IMG/VR virus record: IMGVR_UViG_3300027653_000012 | Location: 502 to 64,501 of that record | Source of the DNA: a virus | Length of the DNA stretch: 64,000 nucleotides | Strand: one strand, 5' to 3' | Shown here: piece by piece, positions 1 through 7,400 of the stretch | Position numbering within the stretch: the stretch's first letter is position 1 | Layout: each line of letters begins with the position of its first letter | The notes under the pieces: model-generated | Seen by the model: only the letters and a program-made list of their open reading frames with translations | Databases searched by the model: none | Told to the model about the DNA's origin: nothing | Made by a program: the position numbers and the translations under genes

Positions 1-320
1 CCAAGTGGCCAGATCAACAGATTGCTGACGACAACCAAGCAGACGCGCTTTGGGTCTTGGAAACCGGGAGGGCAGCGCTGTGAAGATTGTGATAAAGAAG
101 ATCAAACGGAACTGGATATCCCGGAGAAGGACACGGCGGATACAGTATCCTCGTCACCGATCGATTCAAGAGAACGTGAACGAGCATCGTCGGTACATTT
201 GGATCAAATGTCTGTTTTGCGAGGCATTTTTATTAAGAAGCCTCGATCGAGCAGGCCGCAATCGGAAAGGGTTTTTTCACCTTTGCTGCGAGTGCAGTCC
301 GCGGATTTTGGAGGAGGACA

Positions 321-452
321 ATGAGTAGATACAAGATCGATCCTCCTCACGACTGCGAGATGGACGGCCATGACTGGCGCCGAATCGGATCACACCCGGA
401 CGGGACAACCTTTCACAGATGCCGTATCTGCGGGAAAGAGGACGAAGCATGA
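321..452 (+). CDS. Small Zn-ribbon-like protein (43 aa)
   Basis: MSRYKIDPPHDCEMDGHDW...RCRICGKEDEA; below the ORF-track cutoff. Confidence 0.6.
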   Translation: MSRYKIDPPHDCEMDGHDWRRIGSHPDGTTFHRCRICGKEDEA

Positions 453-474
453 AACCGATCCTCTATTCTGTATC

Positions 475-576
475 GGCTAACGACAAGATCACTCACGGAC
501 CTGAATCGTCCGAAAACCAGAAGTCTTAACGAAAAACCGGGCGGCTTACTCCGTTGAGTGCATCCCCTGGTTCGAC
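475..576 (-). repeat. attC-like site 1
   Basis: ggctAAC gacaa gatc actca cgga ... tccg t tgagt gcatc ccctg GTTcgac. Confidence 0.7.
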
Positions 577-589
577 TCAAAAACGACCT

Positions 590-832
590 ATGAAAAACAA
601 GACATTCGAGCAAGAGTTCAAGGAACTCATCTGTAAATACGACGTGGATCTACAATTCGTGGATAATTCATACGGAAATCTACCTGGCGTAAATTTTTGC
701 GTAGGCGAGAAGATCGTGTGTTCCGCAGCCAAGGACGGCGGATGGAACTTCGGTGATGGATTTATGCCGCTTTACGCTATCGCCGATTCCCTGTCGAACG
801 TCGAGCTGAGGCAACCCGACTCAAAACTATGA
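590..832 (+). CDS. Hypothetical cassette protein
   Basis: ATG at 590; ends SNVELRQPDSKL through attC 2. Confidence 0.7.
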   Translation: MKNKTFEQEFKELICKYDVDLQFVDNSYGNLPGVNFCVGEKIVCSAAKDGGWNFGDGFMPLYAIADSLSNVELRQPDSKL

Positions 833-898
833 AAAACCAGAAGACTCAAACGAATAACCCGGCGCGTAAACCGGGTTGCCTCCAGCGGTTTGTTCGAG
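793..898 (-). repeat. attC-like site 2
   Basis: gtcgAAC gtcga gctg aggcaacccg ... cgggttgcct c cagc ggttt GTTcgag. Confidence 0.9.
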
Positions 899-1158
899 GA
901 TTGATCGTGCGCCTGCTCCGATGGCTTCCGATTTCCGAAGCCAGCGCCGCATACAAGGAGGCTGTGCTTCTGGAGCTTGGGTTTCGGCGGAGTGAATTTC
1001 CGGGGTGCTGGCATGTGCCGGACTCCTGCGCGGAACGGTATGGACTGGAGGGACGCACGAGCTATCGAGAATGGATCATTCTGAAAAAGGTGGGGATGAG
1101 ACTTCCCTCGAACGTCGAGCTGAGGGACGGCGGGACCAAAACTGAAAACAAGGACTGA
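829..1158 (+). CDS. Hypothetical cassette protein
   Basis: ATGA overlap inside the attC 2 loop; ends PSNVELRDGG. Confidence 0.7.
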   Translation: MKNQKTQTNNPARKPGCLQRFVRGLIVRLLRWLPISEASAAYKEAVLLELGFRRSEFPGCWHVPDSCAERYGLEGRTSYREWIILKKVGMRLPSNVELRDGGTKTENKD

Positions 1159-1236
1159 ATCTATGGAAAATCAAAAAGTAAAAACAGACACGGACGGCGC
1201 TGATACCCGCCGTTCCTCTCCAGCGTCTGGTTCGGA
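1107..1236 (-). repeat. attC-like site 3
   Basis: Minus strand reads TCCGAAC CAGAC GCTGGAGAGGAACGGCGGG ... CCCGCCGTCCCTCAGC TCGAC GTTCGAG. Confidence 0.9.
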
Positions 1237-1444
1237 ATCGTCTGCTGTTGATCTCGACCGCATTGTAAGGAATCCGTGTCCATTTTGCGGAGGCGCACCC
1301 GTAGAGAAGAGGATGGCTTCCGGGCATGTCAAAATCGAGTGTCCTGACTGCCGATCCTCGACGCGTGTTTATCGGTCACCATCCTTCGCGTGGCTAACTT
1401 GGAATCATCGCCATTCTGTTCCGAACCAACAACAAAGATCATGA
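1163..1444 (+). CDS. Lar-family restriction-alleviation-like Zn protein
   Basis: PCPFCGG ... CPDC ... A..WN.R pattern. Confidence 0.75.
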   Translation: MENQKVKTDTDGADTRRSSPASGSESSAVDLDRIVRNPCPFCGGAPVEKRMASGHVKIECPDCRSSTRVYRSPSFAWLTWNHRHSVPNQQQRS

Positions 1445-1560
1445 AAAACCAAAATAGCAACGATAAGGTGATGCGCGAGGGCTCATCGCCACAGGAATCA
1501 GAAACCCGCTCCACCGAAGAGAACGGCGGGGTGGGTGTTGGCTGCACGAACTCGTTGGGC
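1420..1560 (-). repeat. Degenerate/hybrid attC-like site 4
   Basis: tccgAAC at 1420, second AAC gataag gtg near 1458, cac gaactc GTTgggc ending at 1560; arms pair poorly. Confidence 0.5.
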
Positions 1561-2193
1561 GTTATCCGCTCGGTCTATTACAACCAAGACGACATCCTTC
1601 GTGGCATCCAGCAACTGCACTGCCCAGAAGGGTTCGAGTGCGACATGACCTATGGAAACGGAGGGTTCTGGAGGAATCTGCCGCGCCCGAAATACTGCTT
1701 CGACATCTCTCCACAGAAACCCGAGGTAATAAAGGCGTGCTCGATGGCACTTCCGTTGGAAAGAGAGAGTCTTCGGAACTGCGTGTTCGATCCTCCCTTC
1801 CTCACCTACGTGAAAAACGGGAGGGGACATCAAGGTGGCAAAGTGGCGATGACTGCCCGCTTCGGCGGATACTACCGATATGACGAATTGGAAGACCACT
1901 ACCGACACACAATCAGCGAGGCGTGGCGAGTGTTGAAACCGGGCGGCAAGATGATCTTCAAATGTCAGGACATCATCCATAACCACAAGATGCACTGCAC
2001 GCACTATCGAACGATAATGATGGCGGAAATCGAAGGATTCCGGCTACTAGACCTATTCGTCCTGCCTGCACGCCACCGGATGCCGGGACCGCAAAAAGGG
2101 ACGCAGCGACACGCGAGGGTGTTTCACTCTTACTTTTTGGTGTTCGTCAAGCCGGGAAAACTTCCTCCGCCCAACGTAAAGCGTAGCCGATGA
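1441..2193 (+). CDS. DNA amino-methyltransferase (N6A/N4C type)
   Basis: DMTYGNGGF SAM motif, FDPPF catalytic motif, EAWRVLKPGG. Confidence 0.85.
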   Translation: MKNQNSNDKVMREGSSPQESETRSTEENGGVGVGCTNSLGVIRSVYYNQDDILRGIQQLHCPEGFECDMTYGNGGFWRNLPRPKYCFDISPQKPEVIKACSMALPLERESLRNCVFDPPFLTYVKNGRGHQGGKVAMTARFGGYYRYDELEDHYRHTISEAWRVLKPGGKMIFKCQDIIHNHKMHCTHYRTIMMAEIEGFRLLDLFVLPARHRMPGPQKGTQRHARVFHSYFLVFVKPGKLPPPNVKRSR

Positions 2194-2300
2194 GGCGTCG
2201 CTCACCCGTGATAAACAAAACTACTTATGACTCACGAAAACCAAAATATGAACGACAACGCGGGCCGTGAAACCTCATTGGCTACCGCGGTTGGTTCGGC
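2169..2300 (-). repeat. attC-like site 5
   Basis: gcccAAC gtaaa gcg tagccgatgagg ... cctcattggcta c cgc ggttg GTTcggc. Confidence 0.9.
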
Positions 2301-2529
2301 TAGGCGCATCCGAGTTCTATTCTGGATCGACTGGCTCGGGGAGCAAATGGAGGCGATCCGCGAAATCGAAAGCCCGCCTGTAAGCAACCATCCGGACCCG
2401 AACATCCAACACGGGTCCGACGTGCGATTGGTGCAAGCATGGATGAAGGCGAACGATGTCCCTAGCGGGACGTTCTTTTCCATTTTGCCGAACGTAGAGG
2501 CTAGGCGTGAGGGCCGGTCTGAAAACTAA
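2227..2529 (+). CDS. Hypothetical cassette protein
   Basis: Starts in the attC 5 loop, ends LPNVEARR in attC 6. Confidence 0.7.
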   Translation: MTHENQNMNDNAGRETSLATAVGSARRIRVLFWIDWLGEQMEAIREIESPPVSNHPDPNIQHGSDVRLVQAWMKANDVPSGTFFSILPNVEARREGRSEN

Positions 2530-2614
2530 CACAAACAAAGGAGACAAACAAAATGAAGAAAGATATACAGAAACGCGGCAGTCGGCCCGAATTGCCTACG
2601 CCGTCTGGTTCTCG
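2487..2614 (-). repeat. attC-like site 6
   Basis: gccgAAC gtaga ggc taggcg tga gggccg ... cggccc gaat tgccta c gcc gtctg GTTctcg. Confidence 0.85.
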
Positions 2615-3122
2615 GTCCGATACGCCGGAGACCGATGCACTGGAAAGGGACGGATACCACTACGCGATGCACAATATGCGTGCAAAGCTAGTCCCGAGCG
2701 AGCACGCCCGCAAACTGGAGCGCGAGCGGGACGAACTCCGCGAATGGATCATGCAGGCTGCGCCTATACTTTTAGCCGCCGGCTGTATCGTCGTCGACGA
2801 GGCTGTCGAGCGACTGGACGAGATCGCGGGAGTGCGCGGTGTGCTGGAGCTGTGCCCGGTAGATTTTGTGGCTCCGGAGGCTAAGCCGCGATATGGATCG
2901 GCCGATGGTCCGTTGGAAGAACAACTGAGACAAGAGAACCGGGATCTAAGACGGGCGCTGACTCTTGCTGCCCGATGGGGGATTTCGAGCGATGGTTTTT
3001 CGGCGACCGTGGCTGATGAATTGCGCCGTTGGGTCATCAACGACATGCAAGATCCGTTCCCAGAGCTGCCTGGTTATTTGTTCGACCAAACCCCGTTCAC
3101 TAAACCAACGACAATCGAATAA
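2553..3122 (+). CDS. Hypothetical cassette protein (SDTPETD...ARKLERE phage family, possibly fused)
   Basis: AGGAG SD and ATG in the attC 6 loop. Confidence 0.75.
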   Translation: MKKDIQKRGSRPELPTPSGSRSDTPETDALERDGYHYAMHNMRAKLVPSEHARKLERERDELREWIMQAAPILLAAGCIVVDEAVERLDEIAGVRGVLELCPVDFVAPEAKPRYGSADGPLEEQLRQENRDLRRALTLAARWGISSDGFSATVADELRRWVINDMQDPFPELPGYLFDQTPFTKPTTIE

Positions 3123-3126
3123 CACT

Positions 3127-3555
3127 ATGACTTTTCATCCTCATTCTTATCGTGATCCTGATCCTGATCGGGATCGGGCCGAAATGCTTCAGGAATATCT
3201 ATCCGGCCTTCCAAAATTCCGCGAAGTAACTTCATATCCTGGTCTTCATTCCCGCCGTTCCTCTCCAGCGTCTTGTTCGGCTGATCGTTCTCCTGCGTGT
3301 CCTGATGGCCGTAAAGATTGTCGATTCTCTTACGAAGGCATGACAACGCTAATTCACAGCCCTATTCAATACGATAGGGAAGGGAATCCAGTCGGTGGGG
3401 GTGTAAATCGGGTGGACAAGGTGGCGAAATGTAGTGTCTGTCGTCGCGTGTGGATATCTCGACAATCGGAGTTAGAGGATACTCAAGGAAAGGTTCGTGA
3501 ATGGAATGATTCTCCGTCGAACGACCAAGGTGAGGGACGCGGACCCGAACAGTGA
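3127..3555 (+). CDS. Hypothetical Cys-rich cassette protein
   Basis: ATG at 3127; CPDGRKDC and CSVC; ends PSNDQGEGR. Confidence 0.6.
   Translation: MTFHPHSYRDPDPDRDRAEMLQEYLSGLPKFREVTSYPGLHSRRSSPASCSADRSPACPDGRKDCRFSYEGMTTLIHSPIQYDREGNPVGGGVNRVDKVAKCSVCRRVWISRQSELEDTQGKVREWNDSPSNDQGEGRGPEQ
3251..3281 (-). repeat. attC half site 7 (one arm only)
   Basis: cccgccgttcctctccagcgtcttGTTcggc is almost identical to the right arm of site 3; partner arm not found. Confidence 0.7.
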
Positions 3556-3628
3556 AAGGTAAAATTATGAAGAAGAATAAGCAAACAGCGGCGGCTGGTC
3601 CGCGTTCCTCTCCAGCGACTGGTTCGGC
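3516..3628 (-). repeat. attC-like site 8
   Basis: gtcgAAC gacca aggtgagggacgcggacc ... ggtccgcgttcctctccagc gactg GTTcggc. Confidence 0.85.
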
Positions 3629-3908
3629 GTTTTCTCCGGGGGCGTGGTTCCTTATGCAATATGGCTTCGATTTCCAGAAGTTTTACATCATAGAAACTGT
3701 CGGTAACCGAATTTGTCTGTCGAAACGGGATTGGCTCGTGTCGAGTGGTGTATGGATGACACGCCGTGAGATGGAGGCCCGTCAAGCGCAATATATGGGA
3801 CACGGAAGGCGGAGATGGTTCTGGCGATGGCTACCATTCCGAGATTTGGTGGTGCCATTCTCTCCGCCGAACGCCGAACGGAGGCACCCGACCAGCGATG
3901 CAAAATAA
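3552..3908 (+). CDS. Hypothetical cassette protein
   Basis: GTGA overlap in the attC 8 loop; ends PPNAERR. Confidence 0.7.
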   Translation: MKGKIMKKNKQTAAAGPRSSPATGSAFSPGAWFLMQYGFDFQKFYIIETVGNRICLSKRDWLVSSGVWMTRREMEARQAQYMGHGRRRWFWRWLPFRDLVVPFSPPNAERRHPTSDAK

Positions 3909-3968
3909 CCTGAATCTTCTCGACAAATCCGGCGCGCCCATCGGGTTGCCTCCCGTGATTTGTTCTGG
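3866..3968 (-). repeat. attC-like site 9
   Basis: gccgAAC gccga acgg aggca cccga ... tcggg t tgcct c ccgt gattt GTTctgg. Confidence 0.9.
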
Positions 3969-4512
3969 AGTCGCTGGCATGGGCTCCCACCAATCCGCCA
4001 GGAGCGAGAAGGATGAATGGCTCACGCCGCCTGAGATCATCCGAGCACTCGGGGCGTTCGACCTTGATCCGTGTGCGCCGGTCAAGCGACCGTGGGAGAT
4101 GGCAGCGAGGCACTACACATGGCGGGATAACGGGCTGCTGAAACCGTGGGAGGGTCGAGTGTGGTGCAATCCTCCATACGGGCGGGAAACGGGGCGCTGG
4201 CTGGCAAGGTGCGCGGAGCACAGAAACGCTACGGCGTTGATCTTCGCCCGGACGGAAACCGCCGACTGGGTAAAGCACGTGTGGGGCGCGGCTCATTCCG
4301 TGATGTTCCTTTTCGGGAGGCTACACTTTTATCACGTGGACGGGCGTCGGGCCGAGGCGAACTCGGGGGCTCCGTCCGCGCTGATCGCATACGACGATCG
4401 GAACACGTCCGCCTTGGAAGCGTGTGGACTTCCGGGGCGGTTGATAAGACTCCACAACGACAAGAGGAGGAATCCCGAACAACCAAAGGAACCGAATGAA
4501 GACCAAGACTGA
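3898..4512 (+). CDS. Phage DNA N6-adenine methyltransferase (Dam-like phage family)
   Basis: DEWLTP, FDLDPCA, DNGL..PW, VWCNPPYG, ARTET, GRLHF motifs. Confidence 0.9.
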   Translation: MQNNLNLLDKSGAPIGLPPVICSGVAGMGSHQSARSEKDEWLTPPEIIRALGAFDLDPCAPVKRPWEMAARHYTWRDNGLLKPWEGRVWCNPPYGRETGRWLARCAEHRNATALIFARTETADWVKHVWGAAHSVMFLFGRLHFYHVDGRRAEANSGAPSALIAYDDRNTSALEACGLPGRLIRLHNDKRRNPEQPKEPNEDQD

Positions 4513-4577
4513 ACAGAAACCCAGCGATGCTACGAACGGCCGCGATGCAAGGGATTGCCTCCCTCGCCTGGTTCGGA
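4452..4577 (-). repeat. attC-like site 10
   Basis: ccacAAC gacaa gagg agg aatccc ... gggatt g cct c cctc gcctg GTTcgga. Confidence 0.85.
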
Positions 4578-4858
4578 GCTGGGGAAATACCGATTACGCA
4601 ATCATCGCTCGGCTTACTCCGCCGTATGATCTCGTGGCCCATCCGAATGGTCCGGCCATCACCAACGGCGATTGGTTTTCGGTGATCGATATACATCCCG
4701 ATGACAGCGATAAAGAGAAAGCGATCAAACGAGAGGCGCAAGAGAAGTGGCGTATATTTTCATGGCCACTGATAAAATCCAAATTCTTTCCTCCGAACAA
4801 GCAGTTCGACGAATCCGCCCAGATGCCTACAGACACAAGTGACAACAACAAACATTAA
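4496..4858 (+). CDS. Hypothetical cassette protein
   Basis: Starts in the attC 10 loop; reads PPNKQF through the terminal site. Confidence 0.7.
   Translation: MKTKTEQKPSDATNGRDARDCLPRLVRSWGNTDYAIIARLTPPYDLVAHPNGPAITNGDWFSVIDIHPDDSDKEKAIKREAQEKWRIFSWPLIKSKFFPPNKQFDESAQMPTDTSDNNKH
4792..4810 (-). other. attI-like simple recombination site closing the array
   Basis: Minus strand GTCGAAC-TGCTT-GTTCGGA: two inverted 7-bp cores with a 5-bp spacer and no long arms. Confidence 0.55.
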
Positions 4859-4890
4859 CCAATAAGCGAGATATAGAAAACAACTAAAGA

Positions 4891-5196
4891 ATGAACAAAC
4901 TAATACAGACTATCGAACAATGGGGCGAAGATCGAAATATCATTGGCCCGGATGCTAAAGCGACACTCGAAACGCAATTCCTCAAACTCGAAGAAGAGGT
5001 GAGCGAAATCCACGAGGCAATCGCCAAGAAAGATGACATCGGAATCGTCGATGGCATCGGCGATGCAGTGGTTGTGCTGACACTGCTTGCAAGACTTGCG
5101 GGAACCGATCTGGAAGCGTGCGTAAACCATGCCTATCACGAGATCAAGAATCGCACGGGCAAGATGGAAAACGGGATGTTTGTGAAGGATGAGTGA
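4891..5196 (+). CDS. MazG-like nucleotide pyrophosphohydrolase
   Basis: KLEEEVSE ... DGIGD ... AYHEIKNRTGKMENGMFVK. Confidence 0.9.
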   Translation: MNKLIQTIEQWGEDRNIIGPDAKATLETQFLKLEEEVSEIHEAIAKKDDIGIVDGIGDAVVVLTLLARLAGTDLEACVNHAYHEIKNRTGKMENGMFVKDE

Positions 5197-5452
5197 TTTA
5201 GTGAATAAGGAACTCGAAGAGGAACCACAAAGCCGACGTGATCCTAACTTTAGCAAGTGGGCGATTACCATGGAGGGTGTCCGAGTGCTTGTTCTTCCCA
5301 GCAGAATTAAAAGCGTCTATTTGGACAGGAGACTACTGTCGGCAGCAGAAACCGCGTGGAATGCTGCCCGGAAACTTTACTCAACCGCGGCGACTGAGCA
5401 CTGCGCTGACGATAACACAAACCCAATAACCGAAGACCGTGAGAAGGACTAA
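5189..5452 (+). CDS. Hypothetical protein
   Basis: Overlaps both neighbours in the operon. Confidence 0.6.
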   Translation: MSDLVNKELEEEPQSRRDPNFSKWAITMEGVRVLVLPSRIKSVYLDRRLLSAAETAWNAARKLYSTAATEHCADDNTNPITEDREKD

Positions 5453-5756
5453 CAAAACGATTAAAACATCATCCTACAAAGGGCCAATCAAATACGGAAA
5501 TACTGCTGACTGCATCACCGCCGTGTGCGATTCTATAAAACAGATGCTCCTGGAAAAGAACAAAGCTTACGGAGATAGTGCTATAGATCCGGTAAGGATT
5601 TTTAGCAAATCTCCTGTAGAGGAACAGATTAAGGTTCGCATCGACGACAAACTGTCTCGTATCGCTCGCGGCAATGAATTCCCAGGAGAAGACACTATCG
5701 ATGATTTAATCGGATATCTCATACTTCTGAAAATCGCTAAACTCAAACAACAGTAA
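5439..5756 (+). CDS. Nucleotide-modification-associated all-alpha NTP-PPase-like protein (Nmad1/DUF1599-like)
   Basis: KNKAYGDS ... VRIDDKLSR ... EDTIDDLIGY. Confidence 0.75.
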   Translation: MRRTNKTIKTSSYKGPIKYGNTADCITAVCDSIKQMLLEKNKAYGDSAIDPVRIFSKSPVEEQIKVRIDDKLSRIARGNEFPGEDTIDDLIGYLILLKIAKLKQQ

Positions 5757-5762
5757 CCAATC

Positions 5763-6212
5763 ATGTCTTCATTTAACAAAGTCATTCTAATGGGCAACCT
5801 GGTGCGCGACCCAGAGTTGCGAATAGCGGCGTCCGACCTGCCTGTCTGCAAGTTCACAATGGCAGTGAATCGCCGCTTTGCCCGAAAGGACGGGGAAATA
5901 GCAGAGGAAGTTTGCTACATCGATGTCACCGCGTTTGGGCGCAGAGCCGAAGTTCTTGCCGACCACATGCAAAAAGGAAGCCCTATTCATATTGAGGGCC
6001 GCTTACAACTAGAACAATGGGAGGATTCAAACACAGGCCAGAAGCGAAGCAAGATAGGCGTCATCCTTGAGTCTTTCTCCTTCGTCGGATCAAAGAACAA
6101 GGACGAAGACGATGGTGTTTCTCTAAAGGATTATTCAGCAAAGAAACAGTCTGCGCCTGTCAAGAACACAACAAGCCAGTCTGAGTATGATGAAGAGGAT
6201 GTTCCTTTTTAA
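5763..6212 (+). CDS. ssb: Single-stranded DNA-binding protein
   Basis: NKVILMGNLVRDPELR, IEGRLQ, acidic C-terminal EDVPF. Confidence 0.97.
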   Translation: MSSFNKVILMGNLVRDPELRIAASDLPVCKFTMAVNRRFARKDGEIAEEVCYIDVTAFGRRAEVLADHMQKGSPIHIEGRLQLEQWEDSNTGQKRSKIGVILESFSFVGSKNKDEDDGVSLKDYSAKKQSAPVKNTTSQSEYDEEDVPF

Positions 6213-6256
6213 AATCATAATTACAAATCACATTCATCACAGAAAAAAGGACAACA

Positions 6257-6460
6257 ATGAGTGAGGTTATCAGATTCAAGCCCGGCTATTATAAAGGGGT
6301 TTCCGCGATATTTGAGGACCCTAAATCGGAAAGCGAAATCATTATCATGGCTCCAGATATTTCCCGCCTCGAAAAGCATCTGGCAAGATGGACGCTGGAC
6401 TGGAGGAAGGAGCTGTTCAAGCCAGCGAGGCTGGTCTTGCTCAATAAGAAAGAGACATAA
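6257..6460 (+). CDS. Hypothetical protein
   Basis: AAGGA SD; fills the gap between ssb and rep. Confidence 0.6.
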   Translation: MSEVIRFKPGYYKGVSAIFEDPKSESEIIIMAPDISRLEKHLARWTLDWRKELFKPARLVLLNKKET

Positions 6461-6468
6461 CCGCCGAT

Positions 6469-7395
6469 ATGTCTGGTTGGATTAAATTGCACCGCTCGAT
6501 TCTAGACCATCCGAGAGCGTCAGACCCCGATTGGGTTGCTGTCTGGATTTACCTGCTCGTCAACGCGGCGCACAAACCTCAGCGAGCACTATTCAATGGC
6601 AAGATAATAACCCTCGAACCCGGTCAACTTTTGACCGGTAGAAAGGTCATTTCGGAGGCAACAGGAGTCGGTGAACCAAAGACCAAACGCCTGCTTTATA
6701 CGATGGAAAGGGAGGGGCAAATTAGGCGCAAAAGTAGCCACAAAGGATCGCTAATCTCGATAAAAAACTGGGGCGAATATCAGGGAGATGGTGGACAACT
6801 GAATGGACAACAAGAAAAATCCCTAACCCCCTTACAGTTTGGCATTAATGAAAGAGAAAAAAACGAAACGGACAGCAGAACGGACAACTGGTGGACAACT
6901 GGTGGACAACTGAATGGACAACAAAAAGAACTCCTAACTACCTTGAAATCTGACACTAACGAAACGAGAGAAAAACAAAGTGGACAACTGGATTCTCGGA
7001 AAGTGGACACTGTACAAGAAGACAAGAATAAGAATATAGAGGATACTGACGTATCCTCTCGTCCATCGAAAAAGCCTGATCCAAAAAATACCGAGAAATA
7101 CCAGAAAATCGCCGACGCCTGGAACGAACTGAACGGCCTTCCAAAAGTCGAGCGGCTGACAGACAAACGCAAAACAAGCCTCCGATCCCGACTCTCCGAT
7201 CCGTATTGGCGCGAAAACTGGCAACGGGCGATGGAGCAAATCCCGTCGAGCGACTTCCTTTCCGGACGAAAAACGAAATGGCGAGCAACCTTCGACTGGT
7301 TCATCCGACCGGAATCGGTCGTCAAGATCATCGAAGGCCAATACCACGACGGCGCCCGACAGCCGACCATCTATTCCGATTCCGAAAAATATTGA
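6469..7395 (+). CDS. Phage replication initiator (replisome organiser/DnaD-like)
   Basis: MSGWIKLHR N-terminus, ISIKNWGEYQ, central repeats, C-terminal W.ATFDW...KIIEGQY. Confidence 0.9.
   Translation: MSGWIKLHRSILDHPRASDPDWVAVWIYLLVNAAHKPQRALFNGKIITLEPGQLLTGRKVISEATGVGEPKTKRLLYTMEREGQIRRKSSHKGSLISIKNWGEYQGDGGQLNGQQEKSLTPLQFGINEREKNETDSRTDNWWTTGGQLNGQQKELLTTLKSDTNETREKQSGQLDSRKVDTVQEDKNKNIEDTDVSSRPSKKPDPKNTEKYQKIADAWNELNGLPKVERLTDKRKTSLRSRLSDPYWRENWQRAMEQIPSSDFLSGRKTKWRATFDWFIRPESVVKIIEGQYHDGARQPTIYSDSEKY
6790..7010 (+). repeat. Iteron-like GGACAAC(TGAAT/TGGT) repeats; probable replication origin
   Basis: Seven GGACAAC copies inside rep, mostly at 11-12 bp spacing, next to A-rich tracts. 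Confidence 0.75.
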
Positions 7396-7400
7396 TAACA

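Larger units (their letters stand above)
475..4810 (-). mobile_element. Integron-like cassette array (about 10 attC sites plus a terminal attI-like site; no IntI in the window)
   Basis: Recurrent imperfect inverted repeats with NNNNAAC/GTTNNNN cores, 5-nt spacers and extrahelical bases; the right core of most sites is complementary to the left core of the next. Confidence 0.85.

Noticed and set aside
1-328. Coding assignment at the window start
   Set aside because: Two overlapping plus-strand ORFs, possibly truncated by the window edge; the real frame cannot be decided
475-4810. CRISPR array or simple terminators as the explanation for the repeats
   Set aside because: Units are long imperfect inverted repeats with gene-sized spacers, no U-tracts and no cas genes
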